Of a DNA stretch of 64,000 nt, positions 14,401 through 28,218 are shown in pieces. Positions within the stretch are counted from its first letter, which is position 1, and each line of letters starts with the position of its first letter. Below the pieces are notes generated by a model, which was not told where the DNA came from, ran no database searches, and saw only the letters and a list, made by a program, of their open reading frames with translations. The stretch comes from the human T2T-CHM13v2.0 reference genome, Homo sapiens. The stretch lies in NCBI RefSeq assembly GCF_009914755.1, contig NC_060926.1. One strand, 5' to 3'. A program made the translations under genes and the position numbers.

Positions 14401-16177
14401 GATTTGTTTTGTTTGTTTGTTTTAAACTTCCTGTGAACGTTTCTTCTACTTCAAGTAACAAAACCTGTGAAGTTCTATGTTTTCATGTACAGTTATATAA
14501 TCCTCTGAAATATACAATATACAGAAATCTCTATCAAGTAAACCTAAAGAAACACACTTGATTTTTACGTTTGTGTATTTAAATTAGAAAACAAAACAAT
14601 AACACACATGCACAAAATACACAATCATTTAAAGTTTTATGAAAATATTTCTAGAGATACACAATAAATTTTTAAAAATTTTTTTACAGTTCAAATTTTA
14701 AAAAATTTACTAAAACTCAGTAAGAACTGCAAGAGTCTGTGGTATTTAAAACAAGACCTGCACTGTCTTCCTGCTCCCAGCTCAGCTAGATGGAAACTCA
14801 ACTCCAGACTAGTACAGCCAAGAACTCAGGGACTCTTTTTTCCTCTCTCCCATGCAAACTGCTAGTCAGAGGGCTATCTTTCCAGGAGGGGCAGGGCATG
14901 AGATTTCTCATCCTTCCCCCAGATATTTGTTGCTGTGGCCAAGCTCCAGGTTAGTGCAACAGAGAGAGGTTGGCTCCCTTCCTTTGGCCAGCTCACACTC
15001 ATGGGATGAAGGCTCTCCCTGTGCAGAAGGATACTGAGAATCCTGGGGTAACAATTGCCTTTGCCCTGGCTTGTGTGGCAAGCTGAGGAGACCCGGTGCT
15101 GCTTCCCTCCATCCAGTGAGTGCTCAGCTCTTAAAGCAGGGATGTCACTCAGAAGCTTGCCATTGTCCCTACCCCCAGGACAAGAACAGTGGCTCATAGA
15201 TTTTGCCCAGGGAGATAAGCAAGCTGTACAACAGAGTTCCAAATCCAATAAAAAAGCAACTGGCTGCAGTTGCAAGAATGTGGAGAAGCTCAAACAGTGC
15301 AAGGTGTAGTGACAGGCAGTTGGGAGGAGATTAATAGATTCATTGGAGATATAGGCTAAACTGCAAGCTAGCTATTTTCCAGAAAAAACAAAAAACAAAC
15401 AAAAAAACACAAAGAGACAGCTTAGAAGAAACTTTCTGGAGTCAGAAAAAAAAAATCTCAAACATATGCAGAGGGAACTATCCTTCCAAAAGACCCCCAG
15501 GTTGATTGGATTAGCCTGTGAAGCAATATATGCCCCAGGCTTTGTTGAAAACAATAAAGAAATCAACTGGCAATTACTGAAGCTTAACACCTGGGTATAG
15601 TCAAGAAAAAAGAGCACTGCCAAAATTACTGTTATCCCAAAGTCACTGTGGGCATACAGGAGGCTATACCCTCTGCAGAGCAACATCAGACATGAGAGGC
15701 TTGACACTGAAGGGGAGATGGGGGAAGGTAGGATGAAAAAAGACTTAATAATCCAGCCATTCACTAACAAATAAGCAAATAACAATAACAAACCCCAAAG
15801 GTGGGGGAGGGACCAGTAGCCAGAGTTACTACAATGTATTCTACTGTTACAGGAGCAATAGGTTCATATGCCCACTGTGCATTGAGACAGCAGGGTTTGC
15901 AGCAGAGAAAGACATTAAAAATAGAAGCACAGCCAAGTGAGGAGATGGGAGAAGACCCTCAAATCCATCTCCCTGAGGAGTTCTGGTCTGGGATTTTTAA
16001 GGGGATTATGAAGGGCAGGGGCTGGAAAATTGAGGTCATTGATTGGTCAGGGTAAAGGGGATGAAATCACCAGGATCTGGAAACTGCATTCTTTGGTGAA
16101 TCAGCTTCTTGTTGGGGTCCTGAAGACCAGCTTGCATCAGCTGTTTCATTAGTATGCAGGACCTAAAAGAATCTCTC

Positions 16178-17455
16178 TTTTTTTTTTTTCATGATCTGTG
16201 ATTGTAATTATCTTAAGTCTTATGATTGATTACACATAATTTTTAAATTTGCGTATATCTCCTCTACTTTAATCCTTTAAGTTGGCAAAAGCACCATTCC
16301 TAATCACAAATACAGAACAGTTCTACAGTTTTATGTTTCTGAATGACTAAACAATCCTAAATTATAACTTAGTCTAACTTAGATAGTAAAGAATTTTAAA
16401 GTGATGCTTAACTTGCTACTATTTTTAAAGCATCTGACCTTATAGATCATCACATTTTATAAATGTAAGAAGTATTAAATGATCTTTATTCGATATTACA
16501 CACAAACCACACTACAATGCCTTTCAATAGGTCAAAGGAACCATTTTAGATACAGGGAGTTGTAATCAGATCGGCACAGTTAAGGCCAAAAATATAAAGT
16601 AGACATTCCTACCTTATCTTCAGCTCTTGCCTTTAAGAGGCAAATGGAAACAAAACACAGGTGCATCTTACTTGGTTGTGAGACAGTGAAGGAATTTCCT
16701 CAGTATTTAAATATATTCACATAACCGGTTATATAAACCTAAATATAAAACCAATCTCCAATAGATTTTAAGATGGCATTCACCATCTTTATGAAAAGTT
16801 AAACATTACTAATGAAGCCCAATCATATCTTTAGAAGGGGTAAACAGTGATAGCTTTTACTGAATCAGAGTTACCATTAAAATAAAAAAAAAAAACTGAA
16901 CATGTTCATTTAACCACAAGCCAGTCTTTAACCACAAGCCAGTCTTGGCTAAATCAGGACCGCCCAACAAAAATATTCTGTCAGTCATTCACGATCTGAA
17001 TTCTGGTGTATGAGATCTATTAAATTATGGTACATAAAACAAAATCATTACACATTTTTGTTTTGTAATAAAACAGTGGCCAATTATTACTCATTACTAG
17101 CTATCAAGCCTGCCTTTTCTGCCTTCTTCTTAATGCTGGCAAAGATCATTTTTGTTCCAAGGATGCACTTCTTGGGATTCTCCAAATACTCCATCAGTAT
17201 ACCCTCTCCCCAAGTGATGCCTTTGTTCTTATTGGGGTCCATGTAAGAGAATCCAACAGCCTGACCTGTATTCTGCCCAAAGAGGCCATGGAGATTTGTC
17301 TCAGTCTTGCGCTTGCCTCCCTTTTCCACGGTATGGCACTGGGCACACTTCTGAACAAAAATCTTATTGCCTTTCTCAACATCACTCATATTTAATTTTC
17401 TCTTTTGTTGCTGGCATTATGAAGGTTCCTGCTCAGAAGCTGGATGTCCTGCTTC
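16178..17455 (-). pseudogene. Cytochrome c (CYCS) processed pseudogene with 5'UTR, decayed CDS (17087-17389), long 3'UTR and poly(A)
   Basis: [25 protein letters not shown]... with CXXCH; intronless; poly(T) at 16178-16189; TSD AAAGAATCTCTC (16166-16177) / AAAGAATATCTC (17470-17481); inactivating changes (GPN to ETN, YIPG to CILG, loss of YLKKA). Confidence 0.95.
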
Positions 17456-17550
17456 TTGAGATATTCTTGAAAGAATATCTCAAATGGGAAACCTAATGTT
17501 TCACAGTGCTTAAGTTGTTATCTATAGAGCAGTTAAAAGGAATGATAATC

Positions 17551-17652
17551 TTTTTTTTTTTTTTGAGACGGAGTCTCGCTGTTGCCCAGGCTGGAGTGCA
17601 GTGGCGCGATCTCGGCTCACTGCAGGCTCCGCCCCCCGGGGTTCACGCCATG
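17551..17652 (-). mobile_element. 5'-truncated young AluY (AluYe-like)
   Basis: GGCGTGAACCCCGGGGGGCGGAGCCTGCAG...AACAGCGAGACTCCGTCTC; perfect TSD AGGAATGATAATCTT. Confidence 0.85.
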
Positions 17653-18136
17653 AGGAATGATAATCTTATAACAGGATCTGCATGATTCTTGGACAGTAGG
17701 TAGCTAAAAACTTTGAGGAAGCAGGTCTGAGAGTAGCTGATCTAATGATCAATGCTGAGTGTGCTGCAGGTTTGGTTAGTTTCCCATCTGCCCCTCTCTT
17801 GCTCCTTGATTAACTCTATAAAGTTCATAGGTATGGTGTCACTATAAAATGACCAGTTTCTAACAATAAAAATATATAAAGCATACAAAGAACAGGGAAA
17901 TATGACCCATCCACCAGAGCAAGCAATGAAAACTGGCTATGAAAGTGACTAGATGTTGGATTTAACAGACAAATATTAAAAGTAGCTGTTACAAACCTGT
18001 TTAAAGAGGTAAAGGGAACCATGACTAAAGAAGTAAAGGAAGTATGATGACAATGTTGCATAAAGTGTAGAATGTCAATAAAGAGATAGAAATTACACAC
18101 ATATGTGTATATATACACGCACACATACACACACAC

Positions 18137-18409
18137 ACAGATGCTCCTTGGCTTATAATGGATAAGTCCATTGTAAGTCAAAAATATGAAGAGTCAAAAA
18201 TGTATTTTTGCTGGGTTTGGTGGCTCATATCTATAATCCAAGCACTTTGGGAGGCTGAGGTGGGAGGATCACTTGAGCCCAGGCATTCGAGACCAGCCTG
18301 GCAACATAATGAGAACCCGTCTCTATAAAAAAATGCATTTAATATCCTGATAAACTAATCACAAAGTCAAAAAATGTAAATCAAACCATTGTAAATCAGG
18401 GACTGTCTG
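18137..18409 (+). mobile_element. Tigger4-like DNA transposon MITE with a FLAM/Alu monomer inserted (18209-18332)
   Basis: CAGATGCTCCTTGGCTTA... and ...AAATCAGGGACTGTCTG termini. Confidence 0.6.
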
Positions 18410-18871
18410 CATATAGAACCAAATGGATAAGTAGAGCATTAAAAAGTACAATAACTGAAGTAAAAAATTCACTTGAGTCTCAACAGTTGACTTGAACTGG
18501 CAGAAGAATTAGCAAATTTAAAGATATCCCAATACAGATTATACAATCTGAAGAGCAGAGAGAAAAAAAAAGAAGAGTACCTAACAGAAAGTTTATACCT
18601 TTAATATACCATTAAGCATATTAACATACATATAATGAAGGTACCAGGAGAGGAGAGAGCAAAAGAAGCAGAACAAAGAGTTGAAGAAATAATGACTGAA
18701 AACTCCCCAAATTTGATGAAAAATCATTAATCTACACAACTAGGAAGCTCGATGGACCTCAAATAGGATAAATGCAAAGATATTCACAAATAGATACATC
18801 ACCATAAAAATGCTGAAAGCCAAAGACAGTGAGAACATCTTGAAAGCAGCCAGAAAAAAAAAAAAACAATC

Positions 18872-19031
18872 ACTGTCCAAGAATCATGCAGATCCTGTTA
18901 TAAGATTATCGTTCCCCTTAACTGCTCTATAGATAACAATTTAAGCACTGTAAAATATTAAGTTTTCCATTTGAGATATTCTTTCAAGAATATCTCAAGC
19001 AGGACGTCCAGCTTCTGAGTGGGAACCTTCA
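18872..19031 (-). repeat. Inverted 160-bp copy of 17420-17697, lacking the Alu
   Basis: Manual alignment of the reverse complement shows 11 substitutions and one 3-nt indel; the Alu at 17551-17652 is absent from the copy. Confidence 0.95.
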
Positions 19032-19762
19032 AGGAAACTCACAAGGAAACTCTTATAAGATTATCCACTGACTTCAGTACAAACAATGAGAGCCAGAAGG
19101 CATTAGGATAATATAGTCAAAGTGCTCAAAGTAAGCAAAAAAAAAAAAAAAAAAAAAAACTGTCAACAAAAAACCCTATATTCAGCAAAGCTATTTTTCA
19201 AAAATGCAGGCAAATAGAGCTTTTTTTTTTTGAAAATGCAGGCAAATATCTCATAGATAAGCAAAAAAGGAGAGTATTTGTTATTGGCAGAGCTGCCTTA
19301 CAGAAAACACTAAAGAAATTCTTCAGGCTGAAAACAAATTATCCCAGACAGTAACTTCAATCCCCATGATAAAGCACAGACCACCAGGAAACATAATCAT
19401 GTAATTATAACATACAGTATAAATGCATATTTCTTCTCTTTTATTCCCTTAACTGTTTTACAAAGTAATTGTATAAAACTATATATGTGTGTATATATGA
19501 TATAAATTATATACATAAGTTAGAAATTATATACATGTGTGTATATGTATATGATGTGTTATGAGGGGTCTATAATATATAGAAATATATGCCAATAACA
19601 GCACAAGTGGATGAGAGAAAAAGTGTATTTGGCTGAGAAAATGACTCCAGCTAGCAACTCAAATCCAGGCAAATAAAGAGAGCCAGACATAATAAATAAG
19701 AAGACTGAAATAACAAAAGCTACACATATATACTTACTTTTTTTCTTTCCTTCCTTAACTTC

Positions 19763-20243
19763 TGTATTAGTTTTCTGGGGTTGCCACAACAAATTATCAC
19801 AAAACTAAGTGGCTTGAAACAATGTAAGCTAATCCTCTCACAGCTCTGGAGGCTACAAGTCTGAAATCAAGGTGGTAGCAAGGTTGAGTCCTCCTGCAGG
19901 TTTCTGGGGGACAATCTGTTCCATGCTTCTCTCTTAGCTTCTGGTGTTCAGCAATCTTTGACATTCCTTACCAGGTAGATGCATCACTCCAGTCTGCCTT
20001 CCCTGTGCTTTTCTTCTCCTTGTGTGTCTCTGTGTCTTCACATGGCATTCTCCTTTTTATGTCTTTCTCACTCCTCTTCTTGTAAAGACACGACTCATAT
20101 TGGGTTAAGGGCCTACCCTACTCCAAAATTATCTCATCTTAACTAACTATGTTTACAATAAGCCCATTTCCAAATAAGGTCATATTCTGAGGTTCTGAGG
20201 CTTAGTACATATCTTTTGGGGGAACATAATTCAACCCATAACA
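19763..20243 (-). mobile_element. MLT1B/C-type MaLR LTR
   Basis: tgtattagttttctggggttgcc...ctcacagctctggaggct...aattcaacccataaca. Confidence 0.8.
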
Positions 20244-22074
20244 GCTCCTTTAAAATACATAAAATTATAAAAATAATAATTATTAAAATGTAGTGTTACA
20301 TGTTTAACATTAGTTTATGTATAAAAATAATGCCCCAGAAAGTGAGGAAGTGAATAGAGCTATAGCAGTGACATTTTTATATCTCACTGGAATGAAGTTA
20401 GTATGAACAAAGTTGTCAAAGCTTTAACTAGAATTGCCAAGAAAAAAAAGAAGGAAGACAAAAAATACTAGACTCAGAAATAAAAAAGGACATCACAGAA
20501 ATAGAAAAGATTATAAAGAAATATAATTTGTGTGTCAATAAATGGATAATTTAGATGAAATGGACAAATTCATTATAAACTCATAAACTACAAAAACTGA
20601 TAACAAATAGACAATCTGAACAGACCAATAGAAAAGAGGTTGAATTAGTAATAAAGAACTCTCTACAAAGATAACCACAGGACCAGATGGATTCACTAGT
20701 GAATTTAACCAAACATTTAAAGAAGAATTAATTCCAATTATTAACAAACTCTTCCAAAACATTTAGAAAAAGGGAAAACACTTCCCAACTCATTCTATGA
20801 GGCAATTGCTTCCGTGATACCAAAACCAAAGACATCATGAGAAATTGATAGACCACTATTTCTTATGAATATAGACATAAAAATCCTCAACAAAATATTG
20901 AAAAACTGAATCCAGAGTTGTATAAAAAGGATTATATATCATCACCAAGGGGGAATTTTCGCAGGCACACAGTGTTTTTTTAAACACTGGAACATCCATT
21001 AAATTAATATGCCAAATTAGTAGAAGAAAGGAGAAAACCATTGATTATCTCAATTGATGCAGAGAAATCATGTGATAAAATCTGACAGCCTCTTATGATA
21101 AAAAGCACTAAACAAACTAGCTATGGAACTTCCTCCATCTGACAAAGGGCATCTACAAAAAGTTCGTAATTAACATCATACTTTATGGTGAAAGACTGGA
21201 TGCTGTCTCCCTAAAATCAGGAACAAGGAAGGAATGTCGTATCTTACCACTTCTATTTGATGTTGATTGCTACATGCTACAACATGGATGAACACTTTGA
21301 ACACTTACACTTAGTCATAAAAGCCAGACATAAAATACCACGTTATATGATCTTATTTATATAAAATGTCCAGAATAAGCAAATCTATAGAGACAGAAAG
21401 TAAATTAGTCATTTCTCGGTGAGGGAAAAGGTGGGGAAGAAACAGAGGATAATAGTGAAAGAGTATGGTGCTTCTTTTTGGCTTGATAGAAATGTTCTAA
21501 AATTGACTAGGTAGACAGGTGCACATACCAATTATACTCAAAACCATTTAAATTGATAAATTGTATGATATATGAAATATATCTCTGTAATAGAGATATT
21601 ATAAAATTATTTTCACAAAAGCACTTTTCAAACAATTTGACATTTCCCTAATCCACGAAGGAACGCTCAACAAAAAATTAAAAATTTTGTCTACAGTCTG
21701 AATTCACTACCACAGTTTAGTGATATGGTAATCATTAAAAGGACTTAACAAGCAAACAAAATACGAATTTCTAGCAACTATACATATTTATGTTAAAGGT
21801 ATTTTTAAAAATACATCTAAAAAGAATGTCAAAGTCAAAATTCTTTAGGACTAGACAGCAAAAAGACCTACAACTCAAAGACTGTGCTGAGAGAAAAATT
21901 AGAGCCTTGAAGAAAATTTTAAAAATTTTAAAATTTCTCTCAGGGAAAAAAAAAGAAAAAAAAAGCAAGAAAATAAACTTAAAGAAAGTGGACTAAAGTA
22001 ATCATAAAGGAATGAACAAAAATTAATAATAGAAAATAAAATAAAACAGTAGATTTGACTAATAAAAGTCGAAA

Positions 22075-22370
22075 GCGCTGGGCGCGGTGGCTAATGCCTG
22101 TAATCCCAACACTTTGGGAGGCCAAGGCGGGCAGATCACATGAGGTCAGGAGTTCAAGACCAGCCTGGCCAACATGATGAAACCCTGTCTCTACTAAAAA
22201 TACAAAAATTAGCCGGGCATGGTGGCGGGCACCTGTAGTCCCAGCTACTCAGGAGGCTGAAGCAGGGGAATTGCTTGAACCCGGGAGGTGGAGGTTGCAG
22301 TGAGCCGAAATTATGCTACAGCATTCCAGGCTGAGTGACGAAGTGAGACTCCGTCTCAAAAAAATAAAAA
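22075..22370 (+). mobile_element. AluS
   Basis: Full dimer. Confidence 0.95.
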
Positions 22371-22938
22371 TAATTCAAAAGACCAACATCATAAGACCAA
22401 CATTTGAGAAGACCAACATCATAGACAAATATTTAGAAGTATAATTAAGACAAAAACCAGAAAGAAGATAGTAATGAAAAACAGAAGCAATGAAAGGAGG
22501 CTTAACTACAGATACAAAAGAGTTTTTTAAAATTAGAAATTAATATTTCTTTACTTCATTGAATTTGCAAGCTTAGATGACATAGGCAACTCACAGGATT
22601 ATAAAAGTTCCAAAGTTGGTCCAAAGTGGAGTAGAAAGCTTATGCAAACCAACAACCATAGAAAAAAATGAAATAACATTTGAAGAGGTATTCTGTCTGC
22701 CAAAGGTTCAAGGCCCATATGGTGGTTTGGGGTGTATTTTCTAAAACCTCCAAGGAACAAATAACTCATAGCTTATGCAAACTGTTCCAGGGCACAGAAA
22801 AAAAAGGGGTGGGGGGACAGGCAGGTGATGCTAACCAGCTCCAGCTCATTAGGAGCCCAGTATAATCCTGTGCTCAAATGAGACAAAAGAAGGACAAGAG
22901 AATTTCATCTTTCTGGTTTTCAAAAACTGGTTCAAAAT

Positions 22939-23161
22939 CAATGAGAACACTTGGACACAGGGTGGGGAACATCACACACCGGGGCCTGTTGTGGGGTGGG
23001 AGGAGGGGGAGGGATAGCATTAGGAGATATACCTAATATAAATGATGAGTTAATGGGTGCAGCACACCAACATGGCACATGTATACATATGTAACAAACC
23101 TGCATGTTGTGCACATGTACCCTAGAACTTAAAGTATAATAAAAAATAAATAAATTAATTT
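22939..23161 (+). mobile_element. 5'-truncated L1PA (PA4/5-like) 3' end
   Basis: Canonical L1PA 3'UTR with G-rich tract and CCCTAGAACTTAAAGTATAATAAAA; TSD AAAAACTGGTTCAAAA / AAAAATTGGTTGAAAA. Confidence 0.9.
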
Positions 23162-23264
23162 AAAAAATTGGTTGAAAACTATGGTTAGTGATACTTCTTG
23201 TAATTGTCCTATTCTGTCTGCTCTGTTTATGATGCTTCCTCCTGTAGGTTCCTTCCTCCTGTAG

Positions 23265-23807
<543 letters not shown>

Positions 23808-26288
23808 TGAGCTATGTGGAATCTCCAGCCCTGGGGCACATCCACTCATTACTTTGAGCTGAGGGCAAACACCTCTGCTGTTACCTACTTGGCACAAGCT
23901 TGGCAAAGGGCCAGACCTAACTGGGAACTCTGAATGTCGTTCTCGACCCAATCGCTTTTCAGGTTTCCCAGGTTCCCTGCTGCTCCCTGTGTCCAATGTC
24001 CCCGAACTTGGAACATTCCCAGAGTAGTGGCCACTCTTTTGCTGCCACAGCCCTTTCTGGGTTTGAGGCTATCATTGTCTTCATTAATCATATTCTGTCT
24101 GTTTTCTGTTTCGCAGGGATTACCTAAAATTTGCCTTCAATTGATGACCCTTTTTCTTTTCCTGGCACTAACAGCATTGCTATTAATTTGCTTTACTAGA
24201 AAGGTATTCGGTCACTTCCTCTCAAGTTTGGCCTTTGGTCAGTGGGGACCCATACGGGTTCAACATGCTTGTTGAGAAGTGTTATTTCTGTTCGGGGCCC
24301 ATCTACCCTGGCCACGGCATGATGTTCACCTGCAACAATTCCAAGGTGTTCAGATTTTGCAAATCTAAATTTCACAGAAAGACATTCTTCTGCTATTGCT
24401 AGGGAATGTTCTTTCTGCTTCACTGTGCTGCTTTGCCCCCAAGTGTCTGATGTTTCTTGATTGCGCATCACTCATTATTAGGTCTGAGATTCCCTGTTCG
24501 CTTGTTGGTAGCTGCTGTTCTTGTTTGCTGTCTCCTGTCCCCAGTGTTTTAGGGGAAGGAGGAGGACTTGTTGCCTGGGTAGGTGGGCAAGAAGAAAGTT
24601 GCAAAGAAATAATGAAAGCAAAGGGAAGGAGAGGTAGGTGGGTGTGCTCAGCCAGCCCCTTTGATCTAATCTTTATATCTATACTAATTTCAAGGTGCTT
24701 TTAGTTATAAACTACATGTTGTTCTAACACTGAAATAGTGAACTAACTTTCTTAAATTGGTAAAATAGGTACTTATACCAATGTTACTTAAACAATAGAA
24801 ATAAAAGTAATATTATTACTGCTTATCTGGCAGCACAGTTGTCAACTGGTTTCACCTTACCCCCTTAAAGCCTACCTCTTTCTGTTTCTCCCTCTCTTAT
24901 GTGGCACATTCAGTGCTCTTGGCGTCCTCAGTGAAATCAGCTCTTTGCTCACCCAACACATCGAGATTCTCAACTAAATGAGAAGAGCATCCTGAAATGA
25001 CTTCCTACAAGAGGTCCAACTTCTCCACAATTATGTTTGCTTAAATTTACATTTTTCTCATTTACCAAGAGGATATACTAAATGATTAGTTGATTTTAGA
25101 ATGTACATTCTTAAGGGCCAGAGAGTTCCTATCACTAGATTATTAGCTCTTTGCAGATCATATATTATTAAGCCCTACAAAGGGGTGTTATTTGATGGTG
25201 ATGATGACAGGGATGATGCTCTATGCAGTGTATCCTTCTGAAAGAGAGCCTGGTAGTGTCCATTTATCAACCTCAAAGTGCTGTGTAAAACCAAAATATT
25301 CTACTCTCATCATTAAATTCTATACTTTATTATTTACTATAGCATCTAAGATCTTCTTGATCTTAAGCACATTTTTAGCCTGTATCACCTCCTAAACACA
25401 AACATTCAAGGAACTATAGTTAGTTTTTATAGCATTATATCCCAGGATGGTAGCTGGCATTATTGTGTCTACTGAAAAGTACTAAGGAACACACAAAGGT
25501 GAAGTAATTAATCATATGCCAAGACAGCAAAAGAACCGCAATGACATGTTTTAGGTGTAGAAACCCCTGTTCTACCTAGTAGACTCGGTGCCAGCCCCTC
25601 GGCAAGCACTGAGCACGCCCGTTCCTCATTTTCACAATCAAACTTACCTACCATTACATCAAGAAGACATGCTGATTCCCAAATGAGCAGGACTGGCTGA
25701 ACATTAAAGCCAAATGATGGATGAGGAGTCCCTGTGGGATGGTGCTATGAACACGGGCCACCACAATTAACATCACGATCACTGTCGTTACATACTGGCC
25801 CTTGGCAGACAAGTTTTCACCATCAGGCCCAGATTTACATGATTCAAAGCGTATAAAAATAAACTATGAACAACATCCCACCTGCCTGGGACACAGATGC
25901 ACATTGAACAGGAGATGGCGTGGATTTCTGTATGAAGTGGCCATTAGTCATTCTACAAGTACAGACCTTGTTGCCAGGAGTGGAAACAAGCCATCATTAG
26001 TGTTAATGGAGTTATTGGTTGAGTGGTAATGAGGCTATTGATTGGACAACAGCTCTGTGGCCTTTTTTTCCCTTTTAGAAGTCCCTGAACCTGAGCATGT
26101 ACAGCATTACAATGGAAATTTCTCGCACCAAATCCTTTGCATGTGTCCTGGTAAATCTTCTTCACAAAGTAGTTCTTATATGTATAACTCAGTTTCACAG
26201 ATCTCGTAGATATCGGTTGGCATTCTCCAGAATCATGTGGCAAAAAAAAAAAAAAAGCAGGAAGCAGGCTAAAAAGAAATTAGACATA

Positions 26289-27048
<760 letters not shown>

Positions 27049-28202
27049 CCCCACAAGCATTTTTAAAGCCATCTGCCATTAATACCACAAAGACAGAATC
27101 AGCAGGATGCTGTGTCTTTGTGCAGGAGAAACATATCTCAGGTGATACAGGCTGAAGGTTGTCAGTGAAGTGTGTACACGATAACATGGGAAGCAAGAAA
27201 GCAGTCAATGTGTGGAGCAGAAGGCTTTTAAAGGAAGAAAAACCCTGCTGCATTACATAAAAGCAAAGAATACACTTTATATATCTTTGCCAAGAACGGA
27301 AGCTATAGCTGTAGGCTTACTGAAACCAACCTGAGTTATATGGTATGTATATACACGTACACACACATATAAAGCTTTTTCTGAATATCTTGATTTTACT
27401 GTTTGCTGGGTTCTTATCAAGCAAGAACATCATCTGGAGAATAATCTGCAACTTTGAGCAATCATTGAATAGAAAAATTGCTCACAAATGCTCCCTGCAT
27501 TTAGTTAGATGGGTTTTGTTGAAGCTGATGAGCACAACTCTGCCAGGCACTGAGAGGCCTCTTTTTCTAAAACTCCCTCCAAAGCCCTGAGGAGCCTCTA
27601 TTCAGGCCAAGGTCGGCTAACACCCCTGTGGCTGAGAGTTGCTTTCTTCACTGCAGGTGAAGATACCCCTTTGTAACTGGAACGGCTGCTCTGGGCCCAC
27701 CACAGGTCACCATTCCTTTCAGAGGAAGACATACATAGTTAGTGTGACTTGTCCCAAGTATTGCTGGGGCAGGCTCCAGGATGGGTAAAATCATGGTGAA
27801 ACCATACAAAGACCAAAGCAAGGCGTTCCAGATTTCAAACAAATCACTAACACCACCACCACCACCACCAACAAAACCCTGTGGGTTTTAGCAGCCTTTT
27901 ACTAGGAATTATCTTCTAGGGAGGGAAGCTTTGCATTGTTTTTGAACTTATGATTTAATAAAACAGACAAAATTTCTGTTCCCGCAGCTCTGAGATTTTT
28001 GGTGATTTCTGTACACTTGTTTTCCCATTCTCTACCTGCTCTTCAACAGAGAAAAATCTGACCACGTATGTCCTAGGCCTAATCTCCGAACAGCGGTGTT
28101 TTGTAACTGTCATGATTGTAGCTTCGGAGAGTACCTTGGTGAGTTTCCCCAAGTGAGTTTACAGAAAGGGAACCTGGCTTTAGCAGGAGCTAGAATAGGA
28201 AA

Positions 28203-28218
28203 CAGCGCCCCCTGGAGG
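28203..28218 (-). promoter_or_regulatory. Candidate CTCF site
   Basis: Minus strand CCTCCAGGGGGCGCTG, a close match to the core CCASYAGRKGGCRS, in non-repeat sequence. Confidence 0.6.

Larger units (their letters stand above)
15845..17835 (-). mobile_element. ERV1 (MER4-group) solo LTR, host of the CYCS retrocopy and a truncated AluY
   Basis: LTR-like tgttac...gcagcagagaaag...ccctcaaatccatctccc...gatgaaatca sequence resumes after the CYCS TSD at 17470; subfamily not assigned. Confidence 0.6.

Noticed and set aside
17087-17389. Functional cytochrome c retrogene
   Set aside because: Conserved residues are substituted (GPN to ETN, YIPG to CILG), the C-terminal helix is partly deleted, and no promoter is evident.
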